NCBI GenBank assembly: GCA_016875225.1
Contig: VGRW01000008.1
Span: 12,960-76,959, forward strand
DNA: 64,000 bases
Reading direction: 5' to 3'
Origin: Deltaproteobacteria bacterium
Lineage (GTDB): Bacteria > Myxococcota_A > UBA9160 > SZUA-336
The notes below the pieces were generated by a model that had not been told where the DNA came from, did no database searches, and saw nothing but the letters and a program-made list of their open reading frames with translations. Shown in pieces: positions 9,697 through 18,233 of this stretch (positions within the stretch are counted from its first letter, which is position 1; every line of letters starts with the position of its first letter). The translations under genes and the position numbers were made by a program.

Positions 9697-9861
9697 AAGC
9701 GGTCTCAGAGACCCCGACCCGAGCCCGGCGCGCGGATTCGGCCCGAGATCGAGGCGCGAGAGCGCAGGCGTATCTCGTCGATACGGCGAGCTCTCGCAAC
9801 GACGAGATCGGGGCGAAGACGCGTGCCCGGCGACGGGAGCGGGTTCTCGAGACCGCTTCTA
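9694..9861. repeat. 13-bp perfect terminal inverted repeats (TAGAAGCGGTCTC … GAGACCGCTTCTA) bracketing the convergent echA/ACAD intergenic region
   Basis: Left repeat 9694..9706 begins with the echA stop codon. Right repeat 9849..9861 ends with the complement of the ACAD stop codon. The arms are 142 bp apart, and the inner ends are themselves short palindromes (GGTCTCaGAGACC, TCTCGAGA). Confidence 0.5.
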
Positions 9862-10974
9862 GTCGGCGAGCGCGTCGCCGAGGCGCTCGAGGTGGCGCGC
9901 GGCGGAGCCGAGCGTGAGCTCGATCTGGCGCGTCCACAGATAGGAGCGGTGCAGCGGGTAGTCGTTGTCCATGCCGATCCCGCCGTGCAGGTGCTGCGCG
10001 GCGTAGGTCGCGTGGTTGCCGCCGTCGGCCGCCCAGATCTTCGCGACCGAGACCGCCGTCGCCGCAGACCGTCCCTGCGAGAGCAGGAACGCGGCCTGCT
10101 GCATCGTGAGCCGCATCGCCTCGAGCTGGATGTAGGCGTCGGCGGCGCGTTGGTGCACGGCCTGGAAGCTGCCGATCGGCCGGTCGAACTGCTTGCGCTC
10201 GCTGGTGTAGCTCGCCGTCATGCGCAGCGCGCGCTCGGCCACGCCGACCTGCAGCGCGCACAGGCCGGTGATCGCGCGCTCGGTGATCCACTCGATCATC
10301 TTCTTGCCGCGCGAGAACGTGCCGAGCACGTCCTGCGCCTTCACCCTGGCTCGCTGCAGGCGCAGCGTCGCGATCGGCTCGCGGTTGGTCGCCGTCTGCA
10401 TCTCGAGCTTCACGCCGGGGCCCTTCGGGTCGACCAGGAACAGACCCACGCGTCCGCCCCCGACGCTGGCCGGCACGAGGATCCGCGCGGCGAGCTTCGC
10501 GGCCGGCACGCAGACCTTCGTGCCCGAGAGCCTGAACGACGCGCCGTCGCGCGTCGCGCGCGTGGAGGGCTTCGTGGGATCGTCCGAGTCGGCCTCCTCG
10601 AACGCGCCGCTGAGCACGACCTGCCCCGCGATCACACCCGGAAGGAACGCGGCTTTCTGTGCGGCGGATCCGAACTCCGCGATCGGCAGCGCCCCGAGCG
10701 CGAGCGTGGCCCAGAACGGGATCGGAGCGACGGCGCGGCCGACCTCCTCCAGCAGGCAGCAGAGCTCGATCACGCCGAGCCCGCTGCCGCCGTAGGCCTC
10801 GGGAAGACACGCGCCGAGAAGATTCGCCTTCGCGAGCTCGCTCCAGAGCTCGGCGTCGTGTCCGCTTCCGCTCCGCTCGATCTCCCCGATGCGCTCGTGG
10901 GAAGCTCGGTCGCCGAGGATCTTCCGCGCGAGCTCGGAGAGGGCCTTCTGGTCGTCGCTGTAGGCGAAGTTCAT
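9859..10974 (-). CDS. acyl-CoA dehydrogenase family protein, probable non-catalytic partner subunit
   Basis: ACAD fold throughout. At the position of the catalytic base (the YEGTxE-like region) it reads GGIGMDNDYP, with no Glu. Immediately downstream of a canonical ACAD. Confidence 0.8.
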   Translation of the reverse strand: MNFAYSDDQKALSELARKILGDRASHERIGEIERSGSGHDAELWSELAKANLLGACLPEAYGGSGLGVIELCCLLEEVGRAVAPIPFWATLALGALPIAEFGSAAQKAAFLPGVIAGQVVLSGAFEEADSDDPTKPSTRATRDGASFRLSGTKVCVPAAKLAARILVPASVGGGRVGLFLVDPKGPGVKLEMQTATNREPIATLRLQRARVKAQDVLGTFSRGKKMIEWITERAITGLCALQVGVAERALRMTASYTSERKQFDRPIGSFQAVHQRAADAYIQLEAMRLTMQQAAFLLSQGRSAATAVSVAKIWAADGGNHATYAAQHLHGGIGMDNDYPLHRSYLWTRQIELTLGSAARHLERLGDALAD

Positions 10975-10981
10975 CTCTACA

Positions 10982-12160
10982 CTATGCCTTGTAGTGCGGC
11001 ATCTGCAGGCCGGCCATCGCGATGATGTCGCGTTGGACTTCGTTGGTACCGCCGCCGAACGTGAGGATCAGCGCCGAGCGGTACATTCGCTCGACGCGCC
11101 CCGCCAGGATCGCACCGGGCGAGCGGGCCTTGAGCTTTCCCGCGGCGCCGAAGATCTCCATCATCGCGCGGTACGCCTCGACGAAGAACTCCGACGCGTA
11201 GACCTTGACCGTCGAGGCCTCGGCCGGGTGCAGGCGCGAGTGGGTCAGCGTCCAGGCCTGCTTCCAGAGCATGAGCTTCAGCGCCTCGCCGCCCGCCTGA
11301 CACTTCGCCAGGTTGCGGCGCACGAAGGGCTGGTCGATCACGCGCCCGCCGTCGGCGAGCCGCGTCTTCCTCGCCCAGGCCCGGACCTCGTCCTGGAGCT
11401 TCTCGAACGGGCCGATCGGAAACAGCGAGACGCGCTCGTGGTTCAGCTGGTTCGTGATCAGGCCCCAGCCGTTGTTCTCGCCGCCGATCAGGTAGCGCGC
11501 CGGCACGCGCACGCCGTCGAAGAAGGTCGCGTTCGTGCGCACGTCGGCCATGGTCCAGATCGGCGTCAGCTTGAATCCAGGCGCGGTGGTCGGAACGATG
11601 AAGATCGAGATCCCGCGGTGCTTCTTCGAGGTCGGGTCGGTGCGCGCGGCGAGCCAGATGTAGTCGGCGAAATCCGCCAGGCTCGTGAAGGTCTTCTGCC
11701 CGTTGATCACCCACTCGTCGCCGTCGCGCACGGCGCTGGTCGAAAGCGACGCAAGGTCGGTTCCGGCCCCAGGCTCGGAGTAGCCGATCGCGAAGTGCAG
11801 GTCGCCGGCGAGGATTCGCGGCAGGATCTCCGCTTTCACTTCGGGACTGCCGTACGCCATCAGCGTCGGTCCGACCGTGCCGAGCGTGAGGAAGGGCAGG
11901 GGGAAGCCCGCGCGCTGCACCTCGTCCGCGAACAGGAACTGCTCGAGCGGCGTGCGGTCCTGGCCGCCGTATTCCTTGGGCCAGCCGATCCCCAGCCAGC
12001 CGTCGCGGCCCATCTTCGCGAGCGCCTTGCGGTATTCGGGGCCGCCGCCCTCTCCGCCCGCCGAGAGCTCCGCCACGAGCTGCTTCGTCATGAGCTTCGC
12101 GAAGTAGCCGCGAAGCTGGTCGCGCAGGAGCGCGAGTTCGGGCGAGAGGTCGATGTACAT
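10982..12160 (-). CDS. acyl-CoA dehydrogenase (catalytic subunit)
   Basis: ACAD N, M and C domains. C-terminal FGGGTNEVQR carries the catalytic Glu. Confidence 0.85.
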   Translation of the reverse strand: MYIDLSPELALLRDQLRGYFAKLMTKQLVAELSAGGEGGGPEYRKALAKMGRDGWLGIGWPKEYGGQDRTPLEQFLFADEVQRAGFPLPFLTLGTVGPTLMAYGSPEVKAEILPRILAGDLHFAIGYSEPGAGTDLASLSTSAVRDGDEWVINGQKTFTSLADFADYIWLAARTDPTSKKHRGISIFIVPTTAPGFKLTPIWTMADVRTNATFFDGVRVPARYLIGGENNGWGLITNQLNHERVSLFPIGPFEKLQDEVRAWARKTRLADGGRVIDQPFVRRNLAKCQAGGEALKLMLWKQAWTLTHSRLHPAEASTVKVYASEFFVEAYRAMMEIFGAAGKLKARSPGAILAGRVERMYRSALILTFGGGTNEVQRDIIAMAGLQMPHYKA

Positions 12161-12186
12161 GCGGGCTTCTCCTCGAGAAGACCCGC
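12161..12186 (-). promoter_or_regulatory. 5'-UTR hairpin sequestering the SD of the ACAD gene
   Basis: mRNA sequence GCGGGUCUUCUCGAGGAGAAGCCCGC-AUG. This gives a stem of 5+6 bp with a 1-nt bulge and a GAG loop. The SD GAGGAG is half inside the stem, and the hairpin ends exactly at the start codon. Confidence 0.45.
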
Positions 12187-12188
12187 AT

Positions 12189-12202
12189 TAGAACGGGTTC
12201 CA
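12189..12202. promoter_or_regulatory. KstR-type operator-like palindrome (TAGAACGGGTTCCA) upstream of the ACAD pair
   Basis: Fits TnnAACnnGTTnnA. Followed by CAATCGAGCC, which also follows the box at 8877. Confidence 0.55.
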
Positions 12203-12212
12203 ATCGAGCCGG

Positions 12213-13676
12213 TCAACCCGCCTGGAACACTCCGGCGTGCGGCTGCTCGAACGCGCGCGCGGCGAGCGCGTCGAGGATCACCCCTTCGCGCAGACCCCAG
12301 TCGCAGATCATCAGCCCCGACAGCGCCAGCCGCGCGAGCACGGCCGACATGATCACCGCTCCGGTCGGTAGCAGGTCCGCGCGCTTCTCGTCGATTCCAG
12401 GCAGCGCGAGGCGCTCGGCATGACTCGAGCGCGCGAGCCTGCGCGCGAGACCGTCGAAGTCCTCCGCGCTGACCAGCAGGCCGCGCAGATCCGCGCTCGG
12501 CGCGTCGTCGGGGACGCCGAGCAGGAGCCGTGCGAGCGCGCGCACGGTTCCCCCCGCCGCGATGCAGCGCACCGACCCGAGCGCGCGGATCCGGCCGGCG
12601 ATCGGATCGAGCGAATCCTCGACGCGCGCGCGCACGGCGCGCACCTCGGCGGCGGAGAGTGGATCCGAGCGCACCAGCTCGCCGTGCAGCCGCGTGACCC
12701 CGAGGCGAAGCGTCGTCTCGAAGCGCAGCCCGGACGCGTTGCCGACCGCGAGCTCGAGGCTGCCTCCGCCCAGATCGAGCCCCAGCGCGTTCTCGTCGCC
12801 CAGGCCGACGCGGCGCCGGAACGCCGAGAAGATCAGGCGTGCCTCTTCCTCGCCGGAGAGGGTGCGCACCTCGCTGCCGAGCGCGCGGGTGATACGCTCG
12901 GCGAGCTTGCGGCCGTTCTTCGCGTCGCGAATCGCCGACGTCGCCACCGCGACCAGCTCCTGCGCGCCCGCGCGGTCCGCGAGGCGCCGCAGCCTGCGCG
13001 CGCCGTCGACCGCGCGCTCGCAGAGCTCGTCGGAGAGCTTCGATTCCTGCGCGAGCGCGGCGCCGAGCCGGAGCATCTCGCGCTCGCGCGCGACGCGCAC
13101 GATGTGACCGTCTGCGGTCACGTCGGCGACCAGCAGCGTGAACGAGGTGCTGCCCAGATCCACGACGGCGATCCGCCGCCGGGCGTCGACGTCGGGCCGC
13201 GCGGCTCCGGCGCGGGGCGGCGGCAGGTACGACGCTCTCGCGCGCCCTCCCGCGCCGTCCTGCAGCAGCCAGGTGGAGCCCTTGGGGCAGCCCGCTCCGC
13301 CCTCCATCTCGAGCGCGCCGGGAACGAGCTTCTCGACCAGCGCGGGAATCAGATCGCCGTGGCACGCGAGCAGCGCCGTCTCGCCGCCGAGCGACCGCAC
13401 GAGCGAGAGCGCGCCGCTGGTGCTCGCTCCCTCCGCGATTCGCGCGTCGATCTCGACGCCGAGCCCGAACCGCGCGGCGATCGGCTCCGCGGTCTGCCGG
13501 CAGCGAAGCGCGGGGCTCGAGATCACGCGCGCGAGCGCGACGCCTTCGAACCGCTCGACCAGACCCAGCGCCTGGTCGTGACCCGCGGGCGAGAGCGGCC
13601 GCATGCCGTCGGCATTCTCCCAGCCGAGGCGACGCTGCGCCTTCGCGTGGCGAACCAGATAGATCTTCACTCCCAC
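12213..13676 (-). CDS. fusion protein: histidine-phosphatase (SixA-like) N-domain plus Ppx/GppA exopolyphosphatase domain
   Basis: N-terminus has IYLVRHAKA…(RHx motif) and ACHGDLI (second catalytic His). After about residue 165 comes IAVVDLGSTSFTLLVADV…, the Ppx/GppA actin-like fold. Same strand as ppk1, 47 bp downstream of it. Confidence 0.75.
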   Translation of the reverse strand: MGVKIYLVRHAKAQRRLGWENADGMRPLSPAGHDQALGLVERFEGVALARVISSPALRCRQTAEPIAARFGLGVEIDARIAEGASTSGALSLVRSLGGETALLACHGDLIPALVEKLVPGALEMEGGAGCPKGSTWLLQDGAGGRARASYLPPPRAGAARPDVDARRRIAVVDLGSTSFTLLVADVTADGHIVRVAREREMLRLGAALAQESKLSDELCERAVDGARRLRRLADRAGAQELVAVATSAIRDAKNGRKLAERITRALGSEVRTLSGEEEARLIFSAFRRRVGLGDENALGLDLGGGSLELAVGNASGLRFETTLRLGVTRLHGELVRSDPLSAAEVRAVRARVEDSLDPIAGRIRALGSVRCIAAGGTVRALARLLLGVPDDAPSADLRGLLVSAEDFDGLARRLARSSHAERLALPGIDEKRADLLPTGAVIMSAVLARLALSGLMICDWGLREGVILDALAARAFEQPHAGVFQAG

Positions 13677-13723
13677 CCTCGGTGACTAGAGTAGTGCGCC
13701 CGACGCGCGCGCGCCGGGCCCTG

Positions 13724-15808
13724 CTATGGCGCGCGCGACCGGCCCTTATCGTCGGCCATCGCTCGCTGTCGCGCGAGGTCCTGGAAGCGATCGTGCGAGG
13801 TCGGCACCGCGGCCTGCGGGTCGCGCCGCCAGACCCCGTCGGAACCGAGCGACCAGGAGAGCGGGTTCGGCGCCAGGTTCACCGCGAGAATCTCCTCCAA
13901 CCTCGCTTGCAGCGTCGGGTCGTCGATCTGCACCAGCGTCTCGACGCGACGGTCGAGGTTCCTCGTCATCAGATCGGCGGAGCCGATGAAGTAGCGCGGC
14001 GTGCGATCGGGATGGCCGAAGCGCAGGATGCGCGAGTGCTCGAGGAAGCGCCCCAGCGTCGAGCGGACGCGAATGCGCTCGGAGAGACCGGCGATTCCCG
14101 GACGCAGGCAGCAGATGCTGCGCACGATCAGGTCGATCTCGGTTCCGGCTCGGGCCGCGGCGTACAGAGCGTCGATGATCCCGTCGTCGGACAGGTTGTT
14201 CACCTTGATCGCGATCCGGCCGTCCCCGGACTCCGCCTCGCGGCGGATCTCGTCGAGCAGTCGCGAGCGCAGGGTCGCGGGCGCGACCAGCAGGCGCCGG
14301 TAGCCGCTCGGCCGGGCGCAGCCCGTCAGGAAGTTGAAGACCTCGGAGATGTCGGCGCCGAGCTCCGGCCGTGCCGAGAGCAGGCCCACGTCCTCGTAGG
14401 TGTCGGCGGTGGTCGGGTTGTAGTTCCCGGTGCCGATGTGGCAGTAGCGCCGGATCGAACTGCCCTCGCGGCGCACGACCAGCGCGATCTTCGCGTGGGT
14501 CTTCAGCCCGACGATGCCGTAGACGACATGCACACCGGCCTGCTCGAGCCGCCGCGCCCACTCGATGTTCGAGCTCTCGTCGAAGCGCGCCTTCAGCTCG
14601 ATCAGCGCGACGACCTCTTTGCCGGTCTGCGCGGCGCGCATCAGCGCGCGCACGATCGGATTGTCGCGCCCCGAGGTCCGGTACAGCGTGTGCTTGATCG
14701 CGAGCACGTCCGGGTCGGTCGCGGCCTGCGTGAGGAACGCCTCGACCGAGCTTCGGAACGAGTCGTAGGGGTGGTGGACGAGCACGTCGGCTTCGCGGAT
14801 CACCGTGAACAGATCCGGTGCCGTGGTGCTGGGGACCAGCCGCGGCGGCGTCTGCGGCAGCCAGGCCGGATCCTTCAGGTCGGGGCGGTCGAGCGCGTAG
14901 AACGCCCAGAGACTGTTGAGCCCCAGCGGCCCGTCGAGCACGTAGACCTCGTCGTGCTCGAGCTCGAGCTCGGCCACGAGCAGGTCGCGCACGCGCGTCG
15001 ACATGCTCCGGTCGATCTCGAGCTGCACGGCGTCGTTCATGCGCAGCCGGCGCTGCAGGCCGGACTGGATCGCCTCGAGCAGGTCGTCCGCGTCGTCCTC
15101 GTCGAGCGCGAGCTCCGCGTCGAGCGTGAGGCGGAACGGATGATTCGAGACGATCTCCATGCCGGGGAAGAGCGCGTCGAGATGGGCCGCGATCAGCTGC
15201 TCGATCGGAAGGAAGCGCTCGCCGTCGGGCAGCGCGTGGAAGCGCGGCAGCAGCCCGGGAACCTTCACGCGCGCGAAGCGGCTGTCGCCGCTGCCCGGGT
15301 CGCGCACCACCACGGCCAGGTTCAGCGACAGGTTCGAGACGTACGGAAACGGGTGCGCTCGGTCGACGGCCTGCGGCGTGAGCACCGGCAGGATCTGCTC
15401 CTCGAAGACCGTCTGCAGCAGCTTGCGGTCGGTCGCGTCGAGCTCCGCCCACGCGGCCAGGCGGATCCGCTGCTCGGCGAGCGCGGGCAGGATCTCCTTG
15501 TGCAGAATTCCCTCCTGCACGCGCAGTTGCTCGAGCACCTGCAAGCGGATCTCGGCCAGCTGCTCGCGCGGGGTTCGCCCGTCCGATGCGGGCTTGGTCA
15601 CGCCGGCGTCGACCTGCGCGCGGAGCCCGGCCACCCGAACCTGGAAGAACTCGTCGAGGTTGGAGCCGACGATCGCGACGTACTTCACGCGCTCGAGAAG
15701 TCTCTGCCGTGGGTCCTCGGCCAGCGCGAGCACGCGCCAGTTCCAGTCGAGCCACGAGAGCTCGCGATTGAGAAATCGGACTGCTGTCGAGCCCTCGGCG
15801 GCATCCAT
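13724..15808 (-). CDS. ppk: polyphosphate kinase 1
   Basis: RFLNRELSWLDWNWRVL… N-terminus, PLD-like HKD region and C-terminal domains typical of PPK1. Start placed at MDAAEG (15808) by alignment to PPK1 N-termini. The ORF extends to 15865. Confidence 0.85.
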   Translation of the reverse strand: MDAAEGSTAVRFLNRELSWLDWNWRVLALAEDPRQRLLERVKYVAIVGSNLDEFFQVRVAGLRAQVDAGVTKPASDGRTPREQLAEIRLQVLEQLRVQEGILHKEILPALAEQRIRLAAWAELDATDRKLLQTVFEEQILPVLTPQAVDRAHPFPYVSNLSLNLAVVVRDPGSGDSRFARVKVPGLLPRFHALPDGERFLPIEQLIAAHLDALFPGMEIVSNHPFRLTLDAELALDEDDADDLLEAIQSGLQRRLRMNDAVQLEIDRSMSTRVRDLLVAELELEHDEVYVLDGPLGLNSLWAFYALDRPDLKDPAWLPQTPPRLVPSTTAPDLFTVIREADVLVHHPYDSFRSSVEAFLTQAATDPDVLAIKHTLYRTSGRDNPIVRALMRAAQTGKEVVALIELKARFDESSNIEWARRLEQAGVHVVYGIVGLKTHAKIALVVRREGSSIRRYCHIGTGNYNPTTADTYEDVGLLSARPELGADISEVFNFLTGCARPSGYRRLLVAPATLRSRLLDEIRREAESGDGRIAIKVNNLSDDGIIDALYAAARAGTEIDLIVRSICCLRPGIAGLSERIRVRSTLGRFLEHSRILRFGHPDRTPRYFIGSADLMTRNLDRRVETLVQIDDPTLQARLEEILAVNLAPNPLSWSLGSDGVWRRDPQAAVPTSHDRFQDLARQRAMADDKGRSRAP

Positions 15809-16011
15809 CTCGGCTTCCAGACGGTAACGGGTGGAAGCCGGAATCATATTACATTTCGATGACATACGCGTGTGGCAGCACGTCTCGCCGAAGCTGCCGG
15901 CAAAGCTTGGGATCGTTCTGGCGCAGGCCGGCCGGCCGGTGGCCGACGCGGCGGACGATTTGCTGGGACCAGGTTCGCAGCGAGTTCCCGGCTGACCTAC
16001 CGTGGCCGGGA

Positions 16012-17172
16012 ATGCGACTCCTGGCCGGGGCGAGGAACTTCGAAGTCACCGAGCTGCCGATCTACGAGCCCTCCGGCTCGGGCGAGCACCTGTACGCGTG
16101 GATCGAGAAGGAGGGCGTCGATTCGGATCGGGTCGTCGACGCGCTGAGCCGTGCGACGGGACGGCCCGCGCGCGACATCGGCTACGCGGGCCGCAAGGAT
16201 CGCGTGGCGATCGCGCGGCAGTGGTTCAGCATCCGGCTCGCGGACGAGGCGGCGCTATTGCGGATCGAGGCGCCCGCGGGCGCGCGAATCTCGCTGCTCG
16301 CGACCTCGCGCGACCGCAGCAAGCTCCGGCTCGGGCAGCTGCGCGGCAATCGATTCCGACTCGGTCTGGGCGCGGACGGCGGCGCGCCGGACGCGGGTCT
16401 CGCGGAGCTTCGCGCGGCGCTCGCGCGCGCGACGGAGCTCGGCGTCGCGAACCGGTTCGGCGCGCAGCGCTTCGGCGCCGGCGCGGCGAACGTCGCGATC
16501 GCGATCGCCTGGGCGCGCGGAGACACCGCGCGCGCCGTGGAGCTGTGCATCGATCCGACCGGCGGCTGGAAGCTCGGCGACCCGCTGCCCTCCGGCTTTC
16601 GACCCGGCCCCTCCGGGCGCGTGCTCGGCGCGCTGCGCCGCGCACCCGCAAATGCCGAGCTCGCGCTTCGCGAGGCGGGACGGCGCTTCGCGCAGCTGAT
16701 AGCGTCGGCGGCTCAGAGCGCGGTGTTCAACTCCGTGCTCGAGGCGCGTCGCTCGGCGGGGCTGCTGCACACGCTGCGCGCGGGCGACGTCGCCCGCCGC
16801 CGCGAGGGCGGGCTGTTTCGCTGCCTTCCCGGCGACGCGGCCGAGATCACCGCGCGCGCGGCGCCGGGAAGGCTCGAGATCTCGGCGACCGGTCCGCTGC
16901 CGGGCTTCGACGCGTACGCGCCGAGCCCGGCGATCGCCGCGGAGGAGCGCGCCTGGAGCGCGTCGACCGGCGTGGACTGGAGCTCCTTCGAGCGCGGCCG
17001 AGCACTATCGAGCCCGGGCGATCGCCGCGCGCTGATCGTTCCGTTCCTGGAGCCGCCCCAGCTCGCGGTCGACGCCGATGTCGTCCGGCTCGGCTTCGCG
17101 CTCCCCGCGGGAAGCTACGCGACCGAAGTCCTGACAGAGATCGGTGTAGAGGTTCCCGAGCGCCGCCCCTAG
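16012..17172 (+). CDS. truD: tRNA pseudouridine(13) synthase TruD
   Basis: GEHLYAWIEKEGVDSDRVVDALSRATGRPARDIGYAGRKDRVAIARQWFSI contains the TruD catalytic Asp motif (GxKD). Start at MRLLAGARNFEV. Upstream ORF residues are rejected. Confidence 0.8.
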   Translation: MRLLAGARNFEVTELPIYEPSGSGEHLYAWIEKEGVDSDRVVDALSRATGRPARDIGYAGRKDRVAIARQWFSIRLADEAALLRIEAPAGARISLLATSRDRSKLRLGQLRGNRFRLGLGADGGAPDAGLAELRAALARATELGVANRFGAQRFGAGAANVAIAIAWARGDTARAVELCIDPTGGWKLGDPLPSGFRPGPSGRVLGALRRAPANAELALREAGRRFAQLIASAAQSAVFNSVLEARRSAGLLHTLRAGDVARRREGGLFRCLPGDAAEITARAAPGRLEISATGPLPGFDAYAPSPAIAAEERAWSASTGVDWSSFERGRALSSPGDRRALIVPFLEPPQLAVDADVVRLGFALPAGSYATEVLTEIGVEVPERRP

Positions 17173-17278
17173 TCATTTCGCGCAGCGGCGACGTTGTACA
17201 CCAGCGTCGCAGCAAGAGAGGCGCTTCTGGCACCGATACCTCGGAAGTCCGGATCTGCCCGCCGAGCCGAGGACCGCA

Positions 17279-18106
17279 ATGCCCGACACCCCCACGATCT
17301 CGATCGCGCTGGCGCGAAAGCTCGCTGCCGCGCACGAGGCCCTGCACGTCGAGGGCATGCGCGCCGTGGCCGCGCTCGAGGGAAACCCGTTCGAGGTCGA
17401 GGTTCGCCGTTTCGGGCACGCGACCGCGACGCTCTCGGCCAAGCTCGCCATCGTCGAGTGGTACAACCGCGTGGTCGGCCTCGAGCTCCAGGACGCAGCC
17501 GCGATTCCAGAGATGCTCGCGTTCTTCCGCGCGCGGGGAATTCGCGCGCGCTTCGAGATCGGCCCGGCGGAGCTCACGAACGCGCTCGCGCTGCAGCTCG
17601 CGATCGAGCGCGTCGGCGTCGAGCGCATCGAGACGGTGGTGTACGCGCCGATCGACGCGTTGGTCGCGCCGCGCGCGTCGTCCGTCTCGATCCGACCCTC
17701 GCCGTTCGAGGAGATCGACCTGTTCCTCGACCTCTGGGCGCGCGGATTCGCGCTGCCCGGATTCCTCTGGACCGACGTGAAGCGGCTTCGCGAGGCCTGG
17801 TTCAGCGTGCCGGGACTCGAGCGGTACCTTGCCATTCTCGACGGCGAGCCGATCGCGTGCGGCGCTCTCTACGTGCGCGGGGACGTGGGCTATCTCTGCG
17901 TATCGGCAACGCTTCCCGAAGCGCGGGGGCGCGGCGCCCAGGCCGCGCTGATCGCGCGCCGCTGGCGCGACGCGGCTGCGGCCGGCTGCCGCTACGTCGT
18001 CAGCACGACCCCGTTCGGTGGGACCAGCCAGGCGAACATGGAGCGCGCGGGAATGCGCAGCGCTCATTCCATCTGCATCTGGCTCGACTACGGAATGGCG
18101 CTCTAG
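17279..18106 (+). CDS. GNAT-family N-acetyltransferase
   Basis: C-terminal acetyl-CoA binding motif region (…GYLCVSATLPEARGRGAQAALIARRWRDAAAAGCRYVVS…). Confidence 0.65.
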   Translation: MPDTPTISIALARKLAAAHEALHVEGMRAVAALEGNPFEVEVRRFGHATATLSAKLAIVEWYNRVVGLELQDAAAIPEMLAFFRARGIRARFEIGPAELTNALALQLAIERVGVERIETVVYAPIDALVAPRASSVSIRPSPFEEIDLFLDLWARGFALPGFLWTDVKRLREAWFSVPGLERYLAILDGEPIACGALYVRGDVGYLCVSATLPEARGRGAQAALIARRWRDAAAAGCRYVVSTTPFGGTSQANMERAGMRSAHSICIWLDYGMAL

Positions 18107-18123
18107 GCGCTTGTCGCCCGGAA

Positions 18124-18137
18124 TGGAACGTGTTCCA
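18124..18137. promoter_or_regulatory. KstR-type operator-like perfect palindrome (TGGAACGTGTTCCA)
   Basis: Perfect 14-bp palindrome in the 127-bp gap upstream of the secreted-protein/LLM/acyl-CoA-synthetase operon. Confidence 0.6.
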
Positions 18138-18233
18138 ATCCGCCTCGAGAAGGCGCGGGTGTCGCACGGGAAGGGCGGAGTCGAGGAGGGCGCCGGGTCG
18201 GTTCGCAGAGCCGCTGCGAGAGGGAGCTTCTCC

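Noticed and set aside
13682-15862. 726-aa plus-strand ORF
   Set aside because: Antisense shadow of ppk1. The translation is R/V/D-rich with no motif.
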